Of a stretch of 64,000 nt of DNA, positions 9,579 through 20,105 are shown piece after piece (position 1 is the first letter of the stretch; each line of letters starts with the position of its first letter). This DNA is from a virus: IMG/VR virus record IMGVR_UViG_3300020048_000014, positions 132,722 through 196,721 of that record; one strand, given 5' to 3'. The position numbers were made by a program, and so were the translations under genes. The notes beneath the pieces were generated by a model, which saw nothing but the letters and a program-made list of their open reading frames with translations, did no database searches and was not told where the DNA came from.

Positions 9579-10117
9579 TGAATCATTACGAAATTAGTAC
9601 TGAAGAAAATTATACAAAAATTATTTTTCATGATGATCATGTAATTTTTACAGATATTGACACTCTTTTTAGAGAAACTAATATATTTTTTGCTAAAATT
9701 TTAAAAGGAATGTTTATAGATGTAACATTTGACTTTTCTCAAAAATATAATAGAACAATTTATAAACATGCTTTCTTAAAAATTATATGTGAACATATAC
9801 AATCACAAGAATTAAATTATAAATTATATTTCTATAGTAATAATTTAACTAAGGATAAATTTCGTAATACTTTATTAAAGAAATTAAAAACTATTTTTGG
9901 ATTTAAAGTTCTTGAAGATGTTATGGACTTTTCAGAAGTTATTGAAAGGATTGAAAATAATAATTGCGAATTAATTGCAATACTTGAGTTATTTTTACAA
10001 ACAGATACTAAACCAAAAACCTTTAAACATATAAAAAGATATTTAGAAAAAGAAGGATTGAAGGATATGGGGGAACATTTCAAAGATGTATCATCTAAAT
10101 TAGCAATACTTGGTTAA
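9578..10117 (+). CDS. Hypothetical protein
   Basis: 179-aa ORF, TAATG-coupled to the upstream gene. Confidence 0.6.
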   Translation: MNHYEISTEENYTKIIFHDDHVIFTDIDTLFRETNIFFAKILKGMFIDVTFDFSQKYNRTIYKHAFLKIICEHIQSQELNYKLYFYSNNLTKDKFRNTLLKKLKTIFGFKVLEDVMDFSEVIERIENNNCELIAILELFLQTDTKPKTFKHIKRYLEKEGLKDMGEHFKDVSSKLAILG

Positions 10118-10126
10118 ATATTATTC

Positions 10127-10570
10127 ATGAGTAAGTTTTTATCCATATTAGAGCAGTATTCACCTGAAAATACTGGAGATCCAAAATGGGAGTTGATTGA
10201 TTTCCTTAAATCTAAAGGTGTTGCAGTTTCCTTGGTTAAGGGAACTGATATGGTGTATATTGATACAGGCAATAAAACTATCGCGTTGACGGTTTCCGAC
10301 AATGAGGAAGAAGCTGAGAGCATCAATGCAGGGATTGGGACTTATGAAGTGGATAAAGAAGTTGAAAAACTTGGCAATACCGCAGCATCCGGTATGAAAG
10401 GTCTTGCTGCTAGAGGTCTTGGAACATCTGCCCAAAAAGCTAAACAAGCTATGAAGAAACGTCAGACTCTAGCTGGACAAGCTGTTAAAACATATGAAGA
10501 TTCTACAAAAAATTTAGAAAGATCATTACAAAATGCCAGAAGGCAAAATTCTATTCGAGTTAATTACTAA
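10127..10570 (+). CDS. Putative internal head protein
   Basis: TAAATA-N6-ATG; MSKFLSILE leader; Ala/Lys/Gln-rich C-terminus. Confidence 0.55.
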   Translation: MSKFLSILEQYSPENTGDPKWELIDFLKSKGVAVSLVKGTDMVYIDTGNKTIALTVSDNEEEAESINAGIGTYEVDKEVEKLGNTAASGMKGLAARGLGTSAQKAKQAMKKRQTLAGQAVKTYEDSTKNLERSLQNARRQNSIRVNY

Positions 10571-10573
10571 TAT

Positions 10574-10942
10574 ATGAAATCAAAAACTTTAAAATTAATC
10601 AACGGTTATTTGAAAATCATCAAAGAACAAGGAGAAATGCCTGATATAAGTCAGGAACAGCCTCCAGCACCCCAAGAAGATGCTCAGGCAGCACCAGAGA
10701 CACCCGAACAAGAAACTATGCCATTGTCATCCGCTGGTGAAGACAAGTATATTTCTGATATGATTGATGCTGCTCTATTCGAGCCATCTCCTGAACAGGC
10801 AAATACTCTATTAAATTTGCAATCTCAAATGCAAATGAAAAAATATACTAATGCCAGAGAAGAAATTCTTCCGAGTGTTCTTGGTATTATTTCGGCATCT
10901 ACATCCGGTGGCGATTTACGTAAACAGCTTAATAAAATTTAA
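10574..10942 (+). CDS. Hypothetical (putative virion) protein
   Basis: 122 aa with a Pro/Glu/Gln-rich linker. Confidence 0.55.
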   Translation: MKSKTLKLINGYLKIIKEQGEMPDISQEQPPAPQEDAQAAPETPEQETMPLSSAGEDKYISDMIDAALFEPSPEQANTLLNLQSQMQMKKYTNAREEILPSVLGIISASTSGGDLRKQLNKI

Positions 10943-10957
10943 TTAATAAATAATAAC

Positions 10958-11656
10958 ATGGCCAAGAAATTTAAAACACAGGAGAACAATTTAATCTGGG
11001 AAAGTTATTCCACACCAAACGACCAGAGCTATGCCGATTCATATAATGACCAATCCTTCGAAGATGCTGAAGACGTATCTAATTTGCCTAGTTGGGTAAA
11101 TGAATTTGATGCTGGAGACTTGCTCGCTGGTGTATATTGGTGGGCGTCTGAAAATCATGGTGGTCAATGGTCTGATGGTTATAGAGCATTATCTATTGCT
11201 GGCAACTCTTATCGTCCCGGAAGAATGGCAAATGGGCCAGAACCAGAATCTGGGGAATCATTTGTATATGACCAAATTGGAAGCGAAGAAGAAGCCTTGG
11301 CCATTGCCGAATACGCGAGTGAACAACTTAATGGCGTAGATGAAGATGCAGAAGCAATTATCTCCCTAGCACCTACGGGACCAGTTGAAGCTGAAATGGG
11401 AGACGATGACATGTTCGAAGATGACGATGATTTATTTGAAGATGATGATGATGACCTAGATAATGAAATTATTGTCAAGGCTCTTCGTAAACTAATCAAA
11501 CGTGCTGATATTCTTCTCAATCATTGTGAAAGTGATAAACTAGATACTTGGATGGTCGCTAAAATTATAAAGGCCGAAGATTATATTTCTGATGTTTGGA
11601 ATGAATTAGATGATGTTGCTGATTTTGCAAATGATGGGCCTAAAGACATATTCTAA
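10958..11656 (+). CDS. Acidic hypothetical protein (putative head-internal)
   Basis: TAAATA-N5-ATG; QENNLIWESY leader; poly-Asp tract; WMVAKIIKAEDYI motif. Confidence 0.6.
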   Translation: MAKKFKTQENNLIWESYSTPNDQSYADSYNDQSFEDAEDVSNLPSWVNEFDAGDLLAGVYWWASENHGGQWSDGYRALSIAGNSYRPGRMANGPEPESGESFVYDQIGSEEEALAIAEYASEQLNGVDEDAEAIISLAPTGPVEAEMGDDDMFEDDDDLFEDDDDDLDNEIIVKALRKLIKRADILLNHCESDKLDTWMVAKIIKAEDYISDVWNELDDVADFANDGPKDIF

Positions 11657-12097
11657 ATGATTAGTTTTAAACAATTTTTTATGGAGAAACTTATCGTAGG
11701 ATTAGAAGAAATCATTACGCTGGAGGGTATTGGCCCTATAAAGGCTAAACTTGATTCTGGTAATGGTGCATTTAATGTTCTACATGGAGAAGATATTAAA
11801 ACTGATGGAAATATTGTGAGATTTACCACAGAAGGTGGAATTAGTGTCGAAAAAGATATTCAGGATACTATTACAATTAATCTAGGTGCGGGAAATAAAG
11901 AAGAACGTCCAGTTGTTTTGTTTAATGTAAAATTTGGGAATAAAGTATTTAAAGATATACCTTTTTCCATCGGAAACAGGTCTGAGAATGCTCATAAGGT
12001 TTTGATTGGTAAGAGTTTTATTCTGGATTCCTTGGATGCTCTGATTGATGTGGGTTTAAATAATGTGGCAGAGAAAGGAATTGAAGTTAATGTCTAA
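11657..12097 (+). CDS. Retropepsin-like aspartic protease (RimK-associated 'putative ATP-dependent zinc protease' family)
   Basis: IKAKLDSGNG, ERPVV, FSIGNRS, VLIGK. Confidence 0.8.
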   Translation: MISFKQFFMEKLIVGLEEIITLEGIGPIKAKLDSGNGAFNVLHGEDIKTDGNIVRFTTEGGISVEKDIQDTITINLGAGNKEERPVVLFNVKFGNKVFKDIPFSIGNRSENAHKVLIGKSFILDSLDALIDVGLNNVAEKGIEVNV

Positions 12098-12668
12098 AAT
12101 TTTACAAAAAGATTTACTATCTGAAGGTTTTTGGTCTACTTTGGGTAAAGGTGCCATGGCAGCTACTAAAGGAATTGCAAAAACTTTAGATTATGTTGCT
12201 CCTGAATTAACCAATCCTATTCACGGATTAGAAAAAGGATTGAGAGATATTGGAAGCTCAATCAAACAAGGATGGCAAGGTGAACAAGGAACCATTAAAA
12301 AGAATTTGGAAGATCAGGGTTATAAAGTCGGTAATATGAAAAAAATTGGCGATAACTGGAATGTGAATGTTCAAGAAATAACATATGATAATTCCGGTAA
12401 TGAAATTTTAGGACCGAATAAGGTTAAAGTTGTCAATCCAGAGAAAACAATAAGAACATCCTCTCAGACACAAAGCCAATCTCAATCACAAGCACCTTAC
12501 CAATATCGTGGCAAATATTACGCTCCTGATTATTCTAAACAAGCGGTTCAACGAGGAAGTGATTGGGAGATACCCGGATATCAAGTCGATGCTAATAATT
12601 CCAGAGTAAGTAATAGTCAAAATATTATCATAGTTGACCAGAATGGTATTGTGAAAAATATTCGATAA
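12090..12668 (+). CDS. Putative virion/internal protein
   Basis: Likely start MSKILQKDLLSEGFW (ATG 12090); SQ-rich linker. Confidence 0.55.
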   Translation: MSKILQKDLLSEGFWSTLGKGAMAATKGIAKTLDYVAPELTNPIHGLEKGLRDIGSSIKQGWQGEQGTIKKNLEDQGYKVGNMKKIGDNWNVNVQEITYDNSGNEILGPNKVKVVNPEKTIRTSSQTQSQSQSQAPYQYRGKYYAPDYSKQAVQRGSDWEIPGYQVDANNSRVSNSQNIIIVDQNGIVKNIR

Positions 12669-12675
12669 AATAAAA

Positions 12676-13422
12676 ATGGAAAAGTTTAGATCATTTTTTT
12701 ACGAAAATTGCCCAGAAGAATACGCTCAATGTGGGAGATTTGGCCATACTACTTGGAAGAGAATGGAAGATGAGAAGATTCTAACGGAAGGATTAATTAC
12801 ATCTTATTCATTCGAATCAGTGATGAAAATGCTCCACCAAAAATATAAAGAGTATATCACTTATATGCAAGCCGAACCAATCGTCTCAAATAAAGGTTCG
12901 GGGAAGGCTTGTGGAATAACCGTGTATTTCAAAATTCAAGAAGCTGGTAGTGATTTATTTGATAGGCTATCGGAAGATTTGAAATTTTATGGTTATTTTA
13001 TTGGACTCCAAGAGCCACCTGAAAATAATGAAATCGGATTATTCATAGAACCAAAATTTCCATTCGTGGTAGATATGAAATATTTGAAAGGATATGATTT
13101 TTATCATGTGACTCACAAAGATTACTGGGAAAAAATTAAAGTGAAGGGGTTGCTGCCGATGGATAGTCAAACACATTATTCCCATGATGGTAATAGAATT
13201 TATTTTATGGCAACAAAGACTCCGATTGTATCTAAAGCACTTGGACAGACTATCGGAAGGTCTAAGGATTGGAATCATGATGATGTTGTTGTATTAAAAT
13301 TAAAAGTTCTTCCGAAAAATATTAAATTTCACATTGACCCAAATTTTCAGGATACTGATTCATATACTGCATTATTCGCCTTCACTGCGATATATCCAAA
13401 AGATTTAGAAGTAGTTGCTTGA
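12676..13422 (+). CDS. Protein with C-terminal ADP-ribosyltransferase/KptA-like domain
   Basis: FYHVTHK..WEKIKVKGLLP...NRIYF...VVLKL...FHIDPNF. Confidence 0.55.
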   Translation: MEKFRSFFYENCPEEYAQCGRFGHTTWKRMEDEKILTEGLITSYSFESVMKMLHQKYKEYITYMQAEPIVSNKGSGKACGITVYFKIQEAGSDLFDRLSEDLKFYGYFIGLQEPPENNEIGLFIEPKFPFVVDMKYLKGYDFYHVTHKDYWEKIKVKGLLPMDSQTHYSHDGNRIYFMATKTPIVSKALGQTIGRSKDWNHDDVVVLKLKVLPKNIKFHIDPNFQDTDSYTALFAFTAIYPKDLEVVA

Positions 13423-13446
13423 CATTCATAATTTATATGTCATCAT
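13419..13446 (+). promoter_or_regulatory. Sigma70-like promoter, TTGACA-N16-CATCAT
   Basis: -10 element ends 6 nt before ATG 13453. Confidence 0.45.
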
Positions 13447-13452
13447 ATCCGT

Positions 13453-13713
13453 ATGAATATTGACATTCAGGCAGCAGAAGACGATTTTTTTAAAATGAGC
13501 GTTGTTAAATTTGGAGAGCAACACTTAGCATCAAACGGGGAGAATATTGCAATCGCGCCTACCCCAGAAGAGGCAATTGAGAAGGTTGAAGAACAATCTC
13601 AACCACAACCTGTGGAAGTTCAAAGAGGACCAAAAGGAGTGCCTCTAAATAATCATAGCAGTTCAAGTCATCATTGGTTTGAAGGGACATCATGGTCAAC
13701 TAACAATCGATAA
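13453..13713 (+). CDS. Hypothetical protein
   Basis: 86-aa ORF after the promoter-like motif. Confidence 0.55.
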   Translation: MNIDIQAAEDDFFKMSVVKFGEQHLASNGENIAIAPTPEEAIEKVEEQSQPQPVEVQRGPKGVPLNNHSSSSHHWFEGTSWSTNNR

Positions 13714-13720
13714 TATTATC

Positions 13721-14446
13721 ATGAACTATCATAGTGTAAATAATAACGAGGAAAAATATACAAAACTTAGAACAATTTGGGAAAATTCTTGTATTATACC
13801 CAAATCAGAATTTGATAAATCTTCTACCAGTGAAGAAATTTCAACTAAATTTCAAAAGGTTATAAAGTATTATTACGGGGTTGAACATAATGTAGATTTT
13901 AATAAAATTACAAAAACTTCTGATGATTTATATCTAGAATATAAATTCCCGATGCCCGAAAATCGAAATCGGGGCATTTGGGATGATCTTAATGACGTAT
14001 GGGGTTATAATGTGCTTAATAACATTACCGAACATCCAGCAAGATTAAAATCATATGAAGATTTATATGATTTGAGTGATATATATGAGGCGCAACTAAA
14101 GGACCAAAGTGATACACAGTGTGATAAAATTTTAGATATCTGTAAAAAATATTTAAAATTTATGACTAAGAAAAAATTGAAGAAATTATTGAACTTGGAT
14201 AAAGATGGTAACTTCATTGAAGTAGAACAGATAAATTACAAATTGTCTTTATTAGACAAATTTAATAAGAAAAAATCATTAAATATTAAAAAATTTCTTC
14301 AAAAAAATGGGAAAACTATTTCCAACTTTAATTACGTGAATAATGAATGGGATTCTAAAAATAAAGAAAATATGATATTTGGAAAAATGAGCAATGAACT
14401 AAAAACCGATATGGCGACCTCCGGGTTTAACGATAAATTAGTATAA
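13721..14446 (+). CDS. Hypothetical protein
   Basis: ORF track start 13679 is a TTG; the in-frame ATG at 13721 (MNYHSV) is more likely. Confidence 0.55.
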   Translation: MNYHSVNNNEEKYTKLRTIWENSCIIPKSEFDKSSTSEEISTKFQKVIKYYYGVEHNVDFNKITKTSDDLYLEYKFPMPENRNRGIWDDLNDVWGYNVLNNITEHPARLKSYEDLYDLSDIYEAQLKDQSDTQCDKILDICKKYLKFMTKKKLKKLLNLDKDGNFIEVEQINYKLSLLDKFNKKKSLNIKKFLQKNGKTISNFNYVNNEWDSKNKENMIFGKMSNELKTDMATSGFNDKLV

Positions 14447-14447
14447 T

Positions 14448-15254
14448 ATGGTAAAATCAATTAAAATTTTAAACGGATTTCTCACAGAAATGCCCGGTTT
14501 TCATCCCGGTATTCAGTTTGATTTCGAGGCTGATAAAGTAAACTGTTTCTTTGGTCCAAATGCGGCAGGAAAAAGCACTATTATGAAAATGATCAAATCT
14601 TATTGCGGTATCGAGAAAGGTGGATGGTCTAAAATCAGTTCTGAATTAGCTTTGGGTGCTCAGTGTCAGGCGCACTTTCCTTGGGTCTATAGAGCCTATT
14701 CACCAGCATCTAGTGACTGTGTGGTAGAGTGGGACGGTATTGCATCATTTTATAATGATGGAGATATTAAGATTGATGAATGGGCATGGTTTTCCAATAA
14801 TATTTCATTATCTGAGGATGGGATGACTAGCGAATCTGAACAGTTTCAATATTTGATGGACAAGCCATCATCTGGCCAATATCGCATGATAAAGATCAAC
14901 AAACTTCTCAACATGGCGAAGAATCCACCCGATTTGACAGCGTATGTCTCAGCCCATCCGACACAAAGAGCGGAATCTGATTATATCAGAACCTTACCCA
15001 GAAATGGTAAACCTACACTTATTTTAGATGAACCAGAACGTGCGTTATCTTTACCAAAGCAAATGGAATTGTTTAAACTTTTAAACGAATTGACAAGCGA
15101 GTATCAAATCATCATTGCAACACATTCACCATTTGTTCTGTTCCAAGAAGACATGAAAATCTTCAATATTGAAGAAGGATACTCTGATAAGTGTCTGGAT
15201 ATTTTCAGACAATGTGTGGAAACTAATATAAATAAAGAAAATGAAACATTATAA
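14448..15254 (+). CDS. ABC-type/AAA ATPase (AAA_15/AAA_21-like, soluble)
   Basis: FFGPNAAGKSTIMK, LILDEPERALS, IIIATHSP; no transmembrane partner. Confidence 0.85.
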   Translation: MVKSIKILNGFLTEMPGFHPGIQFDFEADKVNCFFGPNAAGKSTIMKMIKSYCGIEKGGWSKISSELALGAQCQAHFPWVYRAYSPASSDCVVEWDGIASFYNDGDIKIDEWAWFSNNISLSEDGMTSESEQFQYLMDKPSSGQYRMIKINKLLNMAKNPPDLTAYVSAHPTQRAESDYIRTLPRNGKPTLILDEPERALSLPKQMELFKLLNELTSEYQIIIATHSPFVLFQEDMKIFNIEEGYSDKCLDIFRQCVETNINKENETL

Positions 15255-15474
15255 AGAACCAGATCAAGTTAGTATGGTTGGTGGAAGACCCGTATTAAAC
15301 AGCAGTGATTGTAATATCTCGCTTGGATTTCTAGAAGGTATTCTGAATACCAGAGATGGGAGAGCCTTGGGGGAAATTTATGAGAATTTTGTTCGACCCG
15401 TTGGCTCTATTGTTTTAGAGGAATCTGATGCTGAAGTTAATGGTATTAGTTTTAAAGTTAAACGTTGGTTATAA
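15241..15474 (+). CDS. Hypothetical protein
   Basis: 77-aa ORF overlapping the ATPase stop. Confidence 0.55.
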   Translation: MKHYKEPDQVSMVGGRPVLNSSDCNISLGFLEGILNTRDGRALGEIYENFVRPVGSIVLEESDAEVNGISFKVKRWL

Positions 15475-15554
15475 ACTATCTAACCATCGGTTTAAAGGTT
15501 ATAAAATAATACCGTAAGCTCGCAACAGCACAGCTTATAAAAAACTTCTTGCAT

Positions 15555-15588
15555 AAAAAACCCTCTCAGTAATTTGAGAGGGTTTTTT
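15555..15588. terminator. Bidirectional rho-independent terminator
   Basis: AAAAAACCCTCTCA-GTAATT-TGAGAGGGTTTTTT between convergent genes. Confidence 0.9.
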
Positions 15589-15603
15589 GTAACTTATTGA
15601 ATA

Positions 15604-16344
15604 TCAAACACTGAGCACCTGAGTAATATGTTTTAAGATGGCAGATCGAGAGATATCATGTATATCAAATTTCATACAGTGTATGTTATTCTTTCTAGAG
15701 AACTCCGTATCGAATAATTCAAATACATTCATGAATCCCGAATCTCGAATATCGGACTGTTTGGCATCACCACAAATAATATATTTCGATCCTCTACCAA
15801 ATCTGGTCATAATAGTGGTTAACTCGCTCCTAGTAGCGTTCTGAGCTTCATCAATGATAACTACTGCATTATTGAATGTAAGACCTCTCACGAAGTTTAC
15901 AGGCATCGCTTTAACATACTCCTGTTCGAACAGCGCATTTACTGTTGTTTTATCTGTAATTTCCGATATTTTTTCGAATAACGGTAAGGTATACGCTGCG
16001 AATTTTTCATTCTCATCACCCTTAAGATATCCAAGAGATTTTGATGCACTTTCTACCACTGTTCTAATATAGATAATTTTATCAACTTTTCTATCACGAA
16101 GCATTTCCATCGCAGAATAAACTGAAATATAACTCTTCATAGATCCAGCAGGACCATCTAGAAATACCATATTAGTTTTATCATTTTGTGTCAGATAATA
16201 GAACGACGTATGATTATCTGTGAATGGGAATGGTTTTTTAATTTGTATATTAGAACAGTCGAAGTTCTTTTTATATTGTTTAGTGAACTCATCCGTAATA
16301 TCTACCGACTCTTTCCTCTTCCGAGGTACTTTTTTAGGTGTCAT
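15604..16344 (-). CDS. phoH: PhoH family ATPase
   Basis: DGPAGSMKSY, SLGYLKG, FVRGLTF, IIDEAQN, GDAKQSD. Confidence 0.95.
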   Translation of the reverse strand: MTPKKVPRKRKESVDITDEFTKQYKKNFDCSNIQIKKPFPFTDNHTSFYYLTQNDKTNMVFLDGPAGSMKSYISVYSAMEMLRDRKVDKIIYIRTVVESASKSLGYLKGDENEKFAAYTLPLFEKISEITDKTTVNALFEQEYVKAMPVNFVRGLTFNNAVVIIDEAQNATRSELTTIMTRFGRGSKYIICGDAKQSDIRDSGFMNVFELFDTEFSRKNNIHCMKFDIHDISRSAILKHITQVLSV

Positions 16345-16417
16345 CCATTAAGTATTTAATATTATAATTTGAATGTCAAATACTTGACTTCCGAATTAAA
16401 TATGCTAAATTATTGAC

Positions 16418-17149
16418 ATGCGAGCGTCAATATCGGGCTGTACAAACAGTGGGAAATCAACATTGGTTCAGTCTTTTCTTCAAAAATGGCCAATGTATCA
16501 AACACCCTCTAAAACATATCGTGATGTGATCCTAGAATCAGGTTTAGGCCATAGCACCAATACATCTGCTGAAACTCAACTTCTCATTTTAGACTGGATG
16601 ATGAAAGAACAAGAGAAATTTGGTCCGAAGAGTAATGTGATGTATGACCGTTGCCCACTAGACAATCTAGTATACACTCTCTATGCTAACTCAAAAGAAT
16701 TAATTTCTGATGAAGTATGTGCAGCAACTATCTCTTTGGTCAGAGAGTCTCTAAAAGATTTAGATATTATTTTCATGCTCCGATATGAACCCGGAATTAA
16801 AATTGTGAATGACGGTATGCGAGATACTGATTTGGATTTTATTAAAGAAACCGATCAAATTTTTGGAGACTTATATCATCAGTATTGTGAAAATCTTGAA
16901 TCGGATATTTTCTTTCCTGCTGAAGATTGCCCTGCCATTATTCAAGTTGATGGTAAAACTATTGATGATCGGCTATGGTTCATTGGTGAATTTATCGATT
17001 ATAAGGGTAACTTAATCGAGACTACCGATAGCATATTAGACCCAACTAATGTTGATCTTCTTGAGAAGATGCTGGGAGAGCAACAAATCGAACTAGGTAA
17101 AGATGCTCAAATCAAAACATTAATGAATCAAATTAAAAAAGGACGATGA
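16418..17149 (+). CDS. P-loop NMP kinase-like ATPase (AAA_28 / dNMP kinase)
   Basis: ISGCTNSGKSTL, YDRCPLDNLVY. Confidence 0.75.
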   Translation: MRASISGCTNSGKSTLVQSFLQKWPMYQTPSKTYRDVILESGLGHSTNTSAETQLLILDWMMKEQEKFGPKSNVMYDRCPLDNLVYTLYANSKELISDEVCAATISLVRESLKDLDIIFMLRYEPGIKIVNDGMRDTDLDFIKETDQIFGDLYHQYCENLESDIFFPAEDCPAIIQVDGKTIDDRLWFIGEFIDYKGNLIETTDSILDPTNVDLLEKMLGEQQIELGKDAQIKTLMNQIKKGR

Positions 17150-17949
17150 GAGAGAAAATAGGAATAGGAATTGTTACTTGCCGACGACCGGAAATGTTGA
17201 CAAAATTACTTGAATCTATCAAGTATCGGAATGACTGTGAATTGGTCATTATTAATGATGGGGAACCTCTAGAAGTAGAGGGTTATAATTTCTATGTTAG
17301 AAACAATATTGAAAATCTTGGAGTTGCAAAATCTAAAAACTTAGCTTTAAAACATCTTTCAAATAAAAATTGTGAGCATATATTCTTAATAGAAGACGAC
17401 ATGTTAATCAAGGATGATACTATCTTTGAAAGATATATCAAAGCATCAAAAGCTACTGGTATTCAACATCTAATGTTTGGATATCATGGTCCAGCTAATA
17501 AGAACGGTATTTCCAAAGGAAAGCCATGCCCAAGACTTATTGTCAATTATTCTGATGATGTATCAATTGCATTGAACCAGCATTGTGTTGGGGCATTCTG
17601 CTATTATTCCAGAAAGTCTTTAGAGGAGTGTGGATTGATTGATGAAAAATTCAAGAACGCATTTGATCACGTATCCCATAGTTACGAATTAGCTCTCAAA
17701 GGTTTCTCTACTCCTTACTGGTGGTGGGCAGATTTAACTAATTCGTGTGATTACATTGAAGAACAAGCATGTTCTGAAGAATCATCAACTATAAAAACAC
17801 CTGAGAAGATGTTGCAGTGGAGGACCAATATTGAAGAGTCTATGAAATATTTTAAAGAAAAGTTTGGGTATATGCCATTTGGTAACGATAGAGTTCCTGA
17901 TAAATCAGAACAGGAAGTTAGCAGCTTCTTAAAATTTATAAAACCATGA
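17146..17949 (+). CDS. Glycosyltransferase family 2
   Basis: IGIVTCRR, NLGVAKSKN, LIEDD. Confidence 0.88.
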   Translation: MREKIGIGIVTCRRPEMLTKLLESIKYRNDCELVIINDGEPLEVEGYNFYVRNNIENLGVAKSKNLALKHLSNKNCEHIFLIEDDMLIKDDTIFERYIKASKATGIQHLMFGYHGPANKNGISKGKPCPRLIVNYSDDVSIALNQHCVGAFCYYSRKSLEECGLIDEKFKNAFDHVSHSYELALKGFSTPYWWWADLTNSCDYIEEQACSEESSTIKTPEKMLQWRTNIEESMKYFKEKFGYMPFGNDRVPDKSEQEVSSFLKFIKP

Positions 17950-18602
17950 AAATTTTAATAAAATTCCCTACCAGAGATCGGCCAGAAAAATTTTTAAATA
18001 CTTTAAATAGGTATTATGAAATGTCAGCGAACATTGATAATTTAAATTTTTTAATATCGTGTGATATAGACGATGATACTATGAATAATAGTAGAATGTT
18101 AGATATACTCAAATCATATAAAAATTTAACAGTAGATTTTAGATCGAATAAGAATAAAATAGAAGCTGTCAATTCAGGTATATCCGAGTATACCTCATCA
18201 TACGATATAATTTTATTAGCTTCTGATGATATGATTCCCGTAGAAGTTGGGTATGATAATATTATTATAAAAGTTATGGAGAGGTATTTTCCCGATGGTG
18301 ATGGCGTTTTATGGTTTAACGACGGTTTACAGGGAATGAAATTAAATACCTTATGTATTTTGGGAAAAAAATACTATGACAGGTTCGGATATATATATTA
18401 TCCCGAATATAAGTCACTTTACTGTGATAACGAATTCACAGAGGTTTCTAAAAATTTAGATAAGGTGGTTTATTGTGATAAAGTGCTTATAATGCATAAT
18501 CATCCGGGACATGTCAATTTATTTGATGACCTATATAGGAAAAATGATTCATATGCTAATGAGGATATGTTATTGTGGATTACACGTTCAAAATTGATAT
18601 GA
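17946..18602 (+). CDS. GT-A fold glycosyltransferase (GT2-like)
   Basis: KFPTRDRPEKF, KIEAVN, LASDDM, YCDNEFT. Confidence 0.8.
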   Translation: MKILIKFPTRDRPEKFLNTLNRYYEMSANIDNLNFLISCDIDDDTMNNSRMLDILKSYKNLTVDFRSNKNKIEAVNSGISEYTSSYDIILLASDDMIPVEVGYDNIIIKVMERYFPDGDGVLWFNDGLQGMKLNTLCILGKKYYDRFGYIYYPEYKSLYCDNEFTEVSKNLDKVVYCDKVLIMHNHPGHVNLFDDLYRKNDSYANEDMLLWITRSKLI

Positions 18603-19252
18603 TAATATATACACACTACAGCGAATCACATTTTGATATGTTTAAGGAATACTTTCTCAAATCACTGAGAGTCCTTTACACCAAGGAGGAACTACCACTA
18701 AGAGTAGTGTATCATACTCAAACAACAGAGAATGGTGAGTTTATGAGCAACGGGTGGCTTGAGGCAATGGATATTAAATTAGATGTAATATTACAGGCTA
18801 TAGAAGAAAATTATGGAAAATCATTTATATTTTCTGATTCCGATATTCAATTTTTTCAGCCATTCGTGAGCGATATTGTAGAAAAATTAAAATCTAATGA
18901 CATTGCTTGTCAAGAAGATCGCGGAACATTATGTGCTGGATTTTTCGGATGTAATGCCAATCAAAATACTAAAAATTTATTTGAGACAATTAAAAAAACA
19001 TTTAAATCGATGGTCAACGATCAAGTATGTTTAAATTATTATAAAAATTTAGTGACTTATACGTTACTTAATAGAGATCAATTTTATACTATAGGAAATT
19101 CATTTGATAATTCAGATGGAACCAATGTCTGGGATAATATAACTGATATTATCCCACCTAAAAGTATATTGATACATCACGCGAACTATGTAATCGGTAG
19201 AGAAAATAAATTGAAACTTTTAAAGATGATTAAGGATAATTATGGTAATTGA
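18599..19252 (+). CDS. Nucleotide-diphospho-sugar transferase (GT77-like)
   Basis: FSDSDI, LCAGFF, NDQVCLN, IHHANY; ATG 18599 overlaps the upstream TGA. Confidence 0.8.
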   Translation: MIIYTHYSESHFDMFKEYFLKSLRVLYTKEELPLRVVYHTQTTENGEFMSNGWLEAMDIKLDVILQAIEENYGKSFIFSDSDIQFFQPFVSDIVEKLKSNDIACQEDRGTLCAGFFGCNANQNTKNLFETIKKTFKSMVNDQVCLNYYKNLVTYTLLNRDQFYTIGNSFDNSDGTNVWDNITDIIPPKSILIHHANYVIGRENKLKLLKMIKDNYGN

Positions 19253-20105
19253 TTTTTTTAAAGATATATTCCAATACGAAAAATTCCCTGTAGAATATCG
19301 TTGCTTTCAACAGCTAGAGAATGTCAGTGACATAAACTATGTCGCTATTCCATGGACCCAGATATTGAATAGTGGATGGTTAAACTTTCCGGGTAGGCGC
19401 AATAGGAATGAGTATCTGAAAGAATTGGCATCCTATAAAATAAATCAATATAATAATTTCACTGTATGTCAGCACGATGATTATATGCAATTAATAGAAT
19501 TTTATAGGCATTTACATATCACAACAGTATTTTCTCCATTACATAATAGATACAATAATATTGAAGGTATTGATATTATTCCTATATCATTTACAAATAG
19601 CTTCACATTTGAAGAGAAGATTAAAGATATAGATTTTTCATTTGTTGGTGCCTATGTTACTCATCCTATACGTAGATATATGAAAGAGTATATAAATGGG
19701 GACAATATAATTTATAGAAACGATTATCATGTAGGAGGAGATATCTCTATAAGTAAACCAATAGAAGAATCTGAGTATAAAAATATTTTAGAGCGAAGCA
19801 AGTTTTCAATTTGTCCAAGGGGGTCATCTCCATCATCTGTCAGATTTTGGGAAAGTATAGCTGCCGGGGCGATACCTATACTAGTTTCAGATGATTGGGT
19901 GCTACCTGAGTGGGATTGGGATAATACCATTTTAAAAATTTCAGAGGATCAATTTACGAGTTATGGTTATGATGATATTTCACATCTCGTAGATCGGGTG
20001 TTGAATGATTGTGATAGATATAATAGATTGCAAACCAACTGCAAACTCGCCGCTAATAAATTCAAATCCGACAATTTCAAGGATTATATATTAAAAAATT
20101 TATGA
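19242..20105 (+). CDS. Exostosin-family glycosyltransferase (GT47)
   Basis: FSFVG...IR, YKNILERSKFSICPRG, RFWESIAAGAIPILVSD. Confidence 0.88.
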   Translation: MVIDFFKDIFQYEKFPVEYRCFQQLENVSDINYVAIPWTQILNSGWLNFPGRRNRNEYLKELASYKINQYNNFTVCQHDDYMQLIEFYRHLHITTVFSPLHNRYNNIEGIDIIPISFTNSFTFEEKIKDIDFSFVGAYVTHPIRRYMKEYINGDNIIYRNDYHVGGDISISKPIEESEYKNILERSKFSICPRGSSPSSVRFWESIAAGAIPILVSDDWVLPEWDWDNTILKISEDQFTSYGYDDISHLVDRVLNDCDRYNRLQTNCKLAANKFKSDNFKDYILKNL

